Virus record (IMG/VR): IMGVR_UViG_3300027969_000050
Span: 76,267 to 140,266 of that record
Reading direction: 5' to 3' (one strand)
From: a virus
DNA: 64,000 bases
The translations under genes and the position numbers were made by a program. The notes beneath the pieces were generated by a model. The model had not been told where the DNA came from. It worked only from the letters and a program-made list of their open reading frames with translations, and ran no database searches. Of this stretch, positions 9,901 to 16,218 are shown piece by piece. The first letter of the stretch is position 1. The number at the start of each line of letters is the position of its first letter.

Positions 9901-11982
9901 TGATTCAAAGACGACCTTTGGCTCCTCTGAAGCGCCAAATTTAAAATCTTTGGGCGTTCCAAAGAACTCATCAAGCTTTGCTTCGCAAGCAGCCTTCTCT
10001 GATTCGGATAAATTTTCCAGACCAGACCCCCACAGTTCGCCATCGTATCGGCACTGAGCAACAAAAGTAAGATCTTTGTTTACATCCACCGCTCTGTTAG
10101 GAATGTCTGAGTGGTAGGCCCCTTCAGCTCCGATATACATATTGATTAGGCTTGCTGGCGCCCATTCGGAACTTTGGTCCAACAAGGCATAAATATAAAC
10201 TGGGTGGGACACGCCACCACCCTCATCATCATGTTCAGATCCGTAGTCGGATTCCTTGATTAGATCGATGACATTGATCTCTGGTTGCTCTGCCGCTCCA
10301 AACTTAAACCCGGGAGTGGTACCCAAAAATTCATCCAGACTATTTTGAATGTCTTCACGAAGCATGGGATCACCATCAGCAATAAAATCGCGTCCATGAG
10401 GATAACGCAGAAGAGGCAAAGTTGAGATATCCACCCCATCAATCTCTGCTCGTTTTGCGACCTCACGGAATTTCGGATCCCCCATAATTTCTTCGTGATA
10501 GCCATTTGGCCTACCGACGAAAACTTCGTATTTTATATCGCCCTCCCAAGGATGTCCTACCGGAACAATTATTATTGGCCAATCGGTTCCACCGGTATCG
10601 ATTCTTTCGTTGTGGTCTCCGTGAAGGTCACGGACTCCAGTCAGGTCAACCACCTCAACAAAATTAGGAAGCGAGCCGCCTTCGTCTTCTAAGACCGAAC
10701 CGAACTTAAACCCGGGATCCGTACCCAAAAACTCGTCCAGATCCTTTTGGATGTTTTCCGGGACGTATTGGCGTCCAGACGGGTAGCGACTGTAGCCGAC
10801 CTCTTCGTACCACTTCCGTGAAAAGACATCAGAACCGGACATGCGTTTTTCGAACTCGGGATCCTCTTCTATTTCAGTATGGAAGCCGTTTTCTCTGCCA
10901 ACAAAGACGGTCCAGCGATTTCCTACTGGAACAATAATTATTGGCCAGTCAAAGGATCTAGGTTGCTTGCTTGGTTCGTCCCCGACTTCAGAAATAAAAG
11001 CGTCGTGGCCACCGAAGCGATCATCCATTTCGGTTAGGTCGATGATCTCGACATCCTCATTAGAACCGAATTTAAAATCGTCTTGAACTCCGAGGGCCGA
11101 CTTTACCGCTGAATCAAATTCGACTGTCCATCCATCGGGGTACCCCCGGCCAGCGGAGCCATACTCATGCTCGCTGCCCAAAAGCATCCACTGGGTAATT
11201 GCATCGTTTACACGAAATAAAGCAACTTGATCACCGTAAAAACGATCAACATACCTTGCTCCTCCGGGAGAGGCGATGCCACGCGCAGTAAGTACCGTCA
11301 TCACATCTTCATGGAAATCATCATAACTTCCAATAAAAGCCCTTGTCTCCGTCGGGCCTAAGATTGCTATTCCGGGTCGATCTCCGGTTCCATGCGAACC
11401 GTTAAGATTTGCGTCGTTGGCGTCTGAGGTATCAAGGATTTCTACTGAGACTGGGACGGTCTCGATCTGTGAGCGCAACCTGCCATCAGAACCAAATTTA
11501 AAATCTTCTTGTGCGGGACCCATTACTGGCGCCACTCGCTGTAATTCTGACTTGACTGCTGATTCAAATTCGGGAGGTGGACGTGGAATTTCCACAGTGT
11601 CCGTCCAATCACTGGAATTGTTCCCGTACCAATCCTCAATAGTTCCATCAGGATAAACCCGGAAACAAACAACCGGGCCAAGATCGGAAGAGAAAGCGCG
11701 AAAGTCTCCCGGCTGTTGGGTCAGAATTCCCTGAGCTTCCAATATGGCAATTAAGTCATAATGAAATGCTTGATATTCGCCAATGAAAACCTTTATCTCC
11801 GTCGGGGCAAAGATCGCTACTCCGGGGCGGTCTCCGGTGTCGTGCGTTTGCCACGAGTCATAATGCCTTGACTCTGAGGTGTCGAGAACCTCAACTGAAA
11901 TTGGAAGCGAGTAATTCAGAACCCGCGTCACACCGTCAATGTTGGTCCAGCCGTCATTGTCAAATTCGGTTAGGTCGTCCAC
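5509..11982 (-). CDS. Giant repeat-array polyprotein-like protein with C-terminal class II tRNA nucleotidyltransferase (CCA-adding enzyme) and HD domain
   Basis: 12 units ending in [FL][KRH]FG[AS]; C-terminal ~486 aa carry VGGAVRD, DID, EDLLRRDFT.NA, EDPLR and HD motifs (HH..EH, LLHDIGKP, QHELVG, HHM). Confidence 0.9.
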   Translation of the reverse strand: MDDLTEFDNDGWTNIDGVTRVLNYSLPISVEVLDTSESRHYDSWQTHDTGDRPGVAIFAPTEIKVFIGEYQAFHYDLIAILEAQGILTQQPGDFRAFSSDLGPVVCFRVYPDGTIEDWYGNNSSDWTDTVEIPRPPPEFESAVKSELQRVAPVMGPAQEDFKFGSDGRLRSQIETVPVSVEILDTSDANDANLNGSHGTGDRPGIAILGPTETRAFIGSYDDFHEDVMTVLTARGIASPGGARYVDRFYGDQVALFRVNDAITQWMLLGSEHEYGSAGRGYPDGWTVEFDSAVKSALGVQDDFKFGSNEDVEIIDLTEMDDRFGGHDAFISEVGDEPSKQPRSFDWPIIIVPVGNRWTVFVGRENGFHTEIEEDPEFEKRMSGSDVFSRKWYEEVGYSRYPSGRQYVPENIQKDLDEFLGTDPGFKFGSVLEDEGGSLPNFVEVVDLTGVRDLHGDHNERIDTGGTDWPIIIVPVGHPWEGDIKYEVFVGRPNGYHEEIMGDPKFREVAKRAEIDGVDISTLPLLRYPHGRDFIADGDPMLREDIQNSLDEFLGTTPGFKFGAAEQPEINVIDLIKESDYGSEHDDEGGGVSHPVYIYALLDQSSEWAPASLINMYIGAEGAYHSDIPNRAVDVNKDLTFVAQCRYDGELWGSGLENLSESEKAACEAKLDEFFGTPKDFKFGASEEPKVVFESTGGGAPDPRGDCPIIYWPKSNTVQVGTTWDSHLTLGAIDGAAWEGRKSQFGPVDWMRPPYDEQPIPSNIKAFIDNLDISQQWEQEDFKFGADNKPFGTGWEAFDPQGGEGIVDHFLGDPDFSFSDTQPAQPADSQANAFAKDDELDAPIFANILRNWVNSFENENESGIRNSDFLSGGKKSTSRIQKVLDKFRRKSEQVRVELDEEDLKFGACEECGFNHKPGPCPKSMGGPMIIPEEPTDISELKNLSEEGQGDDEGAKKKSRAILSHVELLDLRGAKADPDYPSHGEYLESTPYPSAGMDKLYPVVAWDEGTLDINIEERFGVPAEEERRYLEMNPDATRHDGWSIAIGREDGFHNEMTNKLPRGVVNQYGSYDFFGRFSPPNDLVFYGSRVPESVQAEMITALNGLVGGGASEFHFGSSTELTPVWLDDDGRVVGTGRANKGIIIPREGDELGGYSLIVLPEQGQIWIGSVPDIHHVIIEKALREAGLEDAPRFSFWTRFDRLMPDFVDPNNPEAAALAPAICEALGLPDYPLADLDDLRQSESPEDFHFGAATEFGTDVLISQDPDEHRVFNKDRAPFIYCPVNNALYVGVFGQYHDDLVEEFDIRGAWTEADFDLRGGFGPDTHGEYWRRVPGDGSFIPPSYDSLQWFNDEGTEPEAGLNDALINIFSDPAQEDEGFRFGAAGTYRTRQGVTVFISQNEEHNRKGMDYHENRIPFIYWPSANALYVGLRGQYHEDLINEFDIPRVGRPMGLSENVGENLIAAGDPCRGEYWQNSGNFSWEDSFPNSDNQGLTEPAPGVNDALRNIFPADEVLDEQEEDFRFGAFDELNPPKVVYIKFQPNEVHKSPELDAPWFYLPEDNAVYFGPPGGYHYEMLSQDSEFRNKFLNGDGASAITFWMKALQEGTFLSGRVTWPPNSHASGPPREDQKISFYGNPTPDQVEMINRALGQPDLQPGGGLRGRARGQGGDEFHFGAAEDNVGQSVRQIVASNPVIQPVVEALMAAGGQVYAVGGAVRDTIMGKTPKDIDLMVSGIPKENIDSVLAPLGGDIDYTGKDFGVFRYKQGGEEVEIALPRHEQSTGDKHTDFSVDADHTLSPEEDLLRRDFTANAMAVNLGTGELIDPHNGAEDIAGGRLRTIHDQSLSEDPLRVARALVAKGRHGLHPDEGTIAQMAEAAASLQHLPAERVQAELDKIFSSDDPVGAIRLAHDSGVLKYILPEVDATFGYDQNNPHHALELGEHMLDVLDRISQKTDDPDARLAGLLHDIGKPASAWVNPERGTNHYYQKRLPDGSTIGQQHELVGEEMTRDAMTRLRYPKDRTDRVSDLVKHHMFAPFDSEKGARKFLNRVEPHADDLLNLRWADQAAKGEGQDAFDDNEYEVQRGLVDQVRQQQQPTDLSQLAINGQDLIEAGVPRGPEIGQILESLMGQVIGDPSINERDKLLNLALGRTSGVFDWKESGL
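6970..11982 (-). repeat. Array of 12 protein-level repeat units
   Basis: Delimiter motifs at 11491, 11065, 10699, 10297, 9934, 9631, 9268, 8641, 8239, 7846, 7420, 6970; G-x5-H in 11 units. Confidence 0.85.
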
Positions 11983-12025
11983 ATCAATTAAGGCTGCGCT
12001 TTAGGCTAAAACCAACCAACTTGGG

Positions 12026-12178
12026 TTAATCAGCCTCGACCCATTCCTGTTCAGATAGCTTCACAAACAGGTAATCAGCACCATCTGAGGTCTCTACTTC
12101 AAACGGCGCGTAGCGAGCATCGCACTCGCAAACTAAGACAACTGTGTTACCGGACTCTCCAGCAATGTATATCTCCAT
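12026..12178 (-). CDS. Small hypothetical protein (50 aa, not in ORF track)
   Basis: MEIYIAGESGNTVVLVCECDARYAPFEV...WVEAD* fills the gap between genes. Confidence 0.5.
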   Translation of the reverse strand: MEIYIAGESGNTVVLVCECDARYAPFEVETSDGADYLFVKLSEQEWVEAD

Positions 12179-12190
12179 TTACGGAAGATA

Positions 12191-12421
12191 TCAGGGCAAA
12201 AGAGCGCTGTCAATACCGTGAGTCGAAAAGTCTGTATCAACGTATCCACGAGCGCGGGCTTCTGTGACGGCAAGAAACTCTTCGTACACAGCGTCTCCAG
12301 TGTGATTGAACATCGCTCGGTCGTAAGCGTCGCCCTTGCTCTGGAACTCACGAATGACCTGTAGCAACTTGATGTTGCCCATTGCTTTGTAGTTGCGTGG
12401 CCTTTTGCTTAGGTATGTCAT
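12191..12421 (-). CDS. Hypothetical protein
   Basis: ATG 9 nt downstream of an extended -10 element (TGcTATAAT at 12431-12439). Confidence 0.55.
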   Translation of the reverse strand: MTYLSKRPRNYKAMGNIKLLQVIREFQSKGDAYDRAMFNHTGDAVYEEFLAVTEARARGYVDTDFSTHGIDSALLP

Positions 12422-12456
12422 AATAGACATATTATAGCACAAACAAAAGTTGGATA

Positions 12457-13908
12457 CTAGCGCGGCCCCATAAACGGATCGCTGATGTCTGGTCTAGGGG
12501 CAAGCTGACTGGACGGCAAAATGCACTCTACGAAGTGAGGCTGAAGCTCGCCTGACTGATGAAGCGGGAAGTGAACAGTCACCCAGTCTAGGGTGGGGTC
12601 GTAAGAAAAAACTTTTCCAACCGAGTTAGGGCCAACCAGAACCATCTCGCCGGTACCGTTCCCCGGCGCCCCACCAACAGCAGCGCCATACTCGCCATTC
12701 CAATTCTGAGCATCTCGTGGCGGAAGGAGCTGAACGACATCCTCCTGATTAAATATTTTTTCTCCCGCCGCAGTCCGAACATGCGTGTAGGTTTTTCCAA
12801 GAACCCTTGACAAGGCACCCGGCATATGAATATTTCGCCCGCCAGTTTGGTCATCGGCCTTGGGTTGAGAGAACGGAAGCTCTAGTTGTTCTCCGGGCTG
12901 TCCGGGCTGATCTGGGATAACGTCAAACTGGTCGCTAGGGTTAGCCATAGGATTAGTGCTTTGTCCCTGACCGCGACTTGGAGACGGCTTGGGAACCTGA
13001 GCAGGCTGGCCCGTAAGCTGCTCTGGAGCGCCATTAGGCTTGCCAGAGGGGGCGGAAGGGGCAGACGGGGCGGAAGGTCCTGCGGGACCCATAGAAGGTC
13101 CAGTGGGCGAGGTAGGAGCCGAGGGGGCGCCCGGAGCAGCGCCACCCGACCCTCCGCCATCGATCTCTTCCTTATCAACGCCCTTCGGAACACCACCGCC
13201 TGTTCCGACCTCATTTGTTGGGCCGCCTCCACCGGGAGCCTGACCGACGCCCTTATCGAACAACTGACCCTGCTGTACAGGCTGGGTTTTCTTCATTCCA
13301 CGAGGCATCTGACCGTGGATATTGGGGTCGTAATCGTCAATTGGCGTAGCCATTGCCTGCCACATAGTTGCGATAACGTGAGAGCAAGAGCGGCCTTCTA
13401 GATACTTCCACTTACGGGTACGTTGAAATGCGTACTGATCCCAAGGACACTCGCAAGTCCACTGAGTAATCGCCATTGAGTTTGGGTCGTCACGACTGAT
13501 CGTACACTCGTACTCGCCGTGATCGCCAGTGACATTTGAGACGACGACATTCCAGCCATTCCGGAGGATCGTCACCTGACCATTATTTTTTAGACGGACG
13601 GCTTTGGCTTTGACGTCATCCCAAGTTGCCGTTCTAGAATTATCGAAAAGGGTGAAATGCGCCCTGCGATAACCAAATGGCTTTAGATCCTCGTAAACGA
13701 TCTGCTCAGCAAGATGGCGATCATCATGGGATCCGCCCTCAGACATAATTACTGCCTGCCCTGCCGGACCTTCCCACCAGCTAACCCTAGTTGAGCCAAG
13801 GGTTTGGAACTTAGGCGGCAGGTCTTTTGGCTGAGAACCTATTGCTAGGCCGACATAATCTTCGAACCAAGTCTTTTCTTCTTGGGCGGTAAGGACGCTC
13901 CAAGACAT
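12457..13908 (-). CDS. SWIM zinc-finger protein with Pro/Gly-rich linker
   Basis: WTCECPW...SCSHV SWIM motif; low-complexity middle; possible SH3-like C-terminus. Confidence 0.75.
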   Translation of the reverse strand: MSWSVLTAQEEKTWFEDYVGLAIGSQPKDLPPKFQTLGSTRVSWWEGPAGQAVIMSEGGSHDDRHLAEQIVYEDLKPFGYRRAHFTLFDNSRTATWDDVKAKAVRLKNNGQVTILRNGWNVVVSNVTGDHGEYECTISRDDPNSMAITQWTCECPWDQYAFQRTRKWKYLEGRSCSHVIATMWQAMATPIDDYDPNIHGQMPRGMKKTQPVQQGQLFDKGVGQAPGGGGPTNEVGTGGGVPKGVDKEEIDGGGSGGAAPGAPSAPTSPTGPSMGPAGPSAPSAPSAPSGKPNGAPEQLTGQPAQVPKPSPSRGQGQSTNPMANPSDQFDVIPDQPGQPGEQLELPFSQPKADDQTGGRNIHMPGALSRVLGKTYTHVRTAAGEKIFNQEDVVQLLPPRDAQNWNGEYGAAVGGAPGNGTGEMVLVGPNSVGKVFSYDPTLDWVTVHFPLHQSGELQPHFVECILPSSQLAPRPDISDPFMGPR

Positions 13909-13910
13909 GA

Positions 13911-15467
13911 TTATGAAATAATGCCGTACTTCTTGAGGTCTTGAATGAGTGAGTTGAGCGTGACCCTAAGCGCATCAACATTGTCGTTTGTAGCTGTCAT
14001 GGTGGATGAAAGACTACCATTTTTAATTCCGAAGCCGGAAGCTGCGTTTGTATACGATCCAACGTAACTTGGTAGGGTGGTAAGCGTAAGCCCACCTAAA
14101 CCATTGTTACCGACGCTTTTAACTCCGGTTGCGGCAGCAAACACGACACCGTAAGATAATGAAACGGTGGCGTTAGCGCTGGCGGCTCCGGTAGCGCTCT
14201 GGCTCATTGTGATCGTGTAAGGGTTGCTTCCGCTAACAGCGGTAATAACCGCCGTATTCTGCTCGACAAGAGTGCTTCCGCCAGAGACGACAGAGACGCC
14301 CTGACCGACGATTGGCGCGGTGGCCGTCGTCAATCCAGTTACCTGATCGAAGGCTGGGCTGGTAATAGACCCGCCAGTGATTGTTTGCGAAGAGGCTAGG
14401 GCGGAATACGTTACTTCGTATGACTGATCTTGGCATTGTGCTTCGCCTGAAGCAAATCCCGAGTTTGATCCGGGATCAATCTCTGGTCCGCCGACAGTAA
14501 ATGTGGTTGAGGTAACGGAAGAGATCGTAAACTCTCCGTTATAAGAAAGATTTACGGCACCCGAGATAATGACGCGAGAGCCAACAGTTAGAGAATGAGC
14601 TGCCGAGGCCGTAAAGGTGTAATCATAGGTGTTCGGAGAGACACTACTGTTTAGCGTCCTTGTGGCAGAAGTAATTGAAAGCGTTTGATCCGGGCGGACG
14701 GTAATAATTCCGCTGGTAGGGAATCCTGAAAGGCTCGACTGAGCCGCCAGAACTCGAGTCCCAGACCCGGCGATGTAAGGGAAAGCTGTAAAGCTTGACG
14801 AGTATCCGTTCGTCTCCGTGTTGCCGGACACCGTAAGCTCGGTGCCGCCGCTGTCATTTGCCGTTGCCGTGATCACAACGTTCTCACCAAACTTAATTGA
14901 GTCGTTTCCGAGAGTGACTCCGGCACGAGTGAAGGTTCCGCTATCAACGTTACCCGCCACAGCTTCGAAATACTGGGTGGCGTCTAAGTTTAGACCAGAA
15001 ATTTTAATTACATATTGGCCCTCGTCAAGCCATCCTTCAATCCGTCCATAGGCATCAGTCTTAAGCGACGTGATTGGCGTAATGTTCGTCGGGTTGGAGT
15101 ACAAATAAATTAGCGACTGAGAAAGAGGAACCTTGACTGCTGTTCCGCCAGAGATAACCGGAATGTCTGGTCCGCTAGTGCCTCCTACCAAAGAAAACGA
15201 GCTGGTCGTTGGGATGGCGGTAATGGCCGCTCCGGTTACGTTGTAGGCTGGAATCGATGATCCCGTGACGGTGATGAGATTTCCAACAGCCAAATTGTGC
15301 GGATAATCCGTCACATATGTGTAGGTTACGCTTGATGCGCTTGCCGATGACAGGCCGTAAACGTTGCCTCCAGCGTCATAATCTGCGCGCTTAAAGACGG
15401 AGACGTCGGCACCCTCGACAGGGCGACCTTTCTTATTCAGAACGACAAATGGAATTTCAACGCGCAT
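13911..15467 (-). CDS. Ser/Thr/Gly-rich structural (fibre-like) protein
   Basis: Beta-rich composition; two T..H.L.VG..I.I.G repeats; coiled-coil C-terminus. Confidence 0.65.
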   Translation of the reverse strand: MRVEIPFVVLNKKGRPVEGADVSVFKRADYDAGGNVYGLSSASASSVTYTYVTDYPHNLAVGNLITVTGSSIPAYNVTGAAITAIPTTSSFSLVGGTSGPDIPVISGGTAVKVPLSQSLIYLYSNPTNITPITSLKTDAYGRIEGWLDEGQYVIKISGLNLDATQYFEAVAGNVDSGTFTRAGVTLGNDSIKFGENVVITATANDSGGTELTVSGNTETNGYSSSFTAFPYIAGSGTRVLAAQSSLSGFPTSGIITVRPDQTLSITSATRTLNSSVSPNTYDYTFTASAAHSLTVGSRVIISGAVNLSYNGEFTISSVTSTTFTVGGPEIDPGSNSGFASGEAQCQDQSYEVTYSALASSQTITGGSITSPAFDQVTGLTTATAPIVGQGVSVVSGGSTLVEQNTAVITAVSGSNPYTITMSQSATGAASANATVSLSYGVVFAAATGVKSVGNNGLGGLTLTTLPSYVGSYTNAASGFGIKNGSLSSTMTATNDNVDALRVTLNSLIQDLKKYGIIS

Positions 15468-16218
15468 CAGTCTTTACGTCCTTGATTAGCCCTGAATAGT
15501 TGGTCTTGGCGATGTATTCGCCAGTAGACTCGCTGATCTGATCTAGCAGGCCTCGATTGGCCAGCATCTTGTAGACAAGATTGGACGGAGCGAAGTCGCC
15601 CTTGCCTGCTCTCTGGTCAATCCGACGGCGCTTATGGATCTGGTGCCAAAAGGTCTTGGCCTTGTAAGGCTCGTAACGCAGTAGGCGCTCCATTTTGTCA
15701 GCCTGCTCTAGCGCGTAGGTGTAAGCGGAGTTATAAATTACCTCTGGATCCCTAGCCATTTCGCGGTCAGGAGGATTAACCCACTCGTCATTGAGAATCT
15801 CGTAGCCCGAACGCAGCCCCTTCTTATAGAGATCGGTTGGCAAAACGCCCTCTGGCACAATAAATACCTGAAGGGGATGAGTGGTCATCGGAAGAATGCT
15901 TCCGTCCAACTGCTCAACTGCGATGCCAATCATCTCGGCCCTTGACCACTCAGGAAAAATTTCTGAGTTGACGAACAAGGAGATGTCAAAATCGCTGTCT
16001 TCCGAGTACTGGTAGGTCGTGAGGCTGCCAGTGACGTAAAGGCTGCCCCAGTTCTGGACATCGTAGCCATGCTCGTTAAACCTGTCAAAGACAAGCTTCT
16101 CAACCCACGTTTTATGCTCAAATTTCAGCGTTGGCTTGACGGATACCGACCCGTCCCAGACCGTAGGGTCTAGCGTTTCATTGATCGGATCGAGAATATT
16201 AGACTTCTTAGGCTTCAT
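15457..16218 (-). CDS. Pol-beta superfamily nucleotidyltransferase
   Basis: hG-S-x9-SDxD motif: LYVTGSLTTYQYSEDSDFDISL. Confidence 0.8.
   Translation of the reverse strand: MKPKKSNILDPINETLDPTVWDGSVSVKPTLKFEHKTWVEKLVFDRFNEHGYDVQNWGSLYVTGSLTTYQYSEDSDFDISLFVNSEIFPEWSRAEMIGIAVEQLDGSILPMTTHPLQVFIVPEGVLPTDLYKKGLRSGYEILNDEWVNPPDREMARDPEVIYNSAYTYALEQADKMERLLRYEPYKAKTFWHQIHKRRRIDQRAGKGDFAPSNLVYKMLANRGLLDQISESTGEYIAKTNYSGLIKDVKTDAR

Noticed and set aside
6970-11982. CRISPR array or DNA-level repeat explanation for the periodic motif
   Set aside because: The motif is conserved at protein level with synonymous codon variation and 300-630 nt in-frame spacing; there are no identical DNA repeats.
5509-11982. 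Inteins as the cause of the giant ORF
   Set aside because: No C/S...HN-C/S/T splice junctions or LAGLIDADG motifs were recognised.
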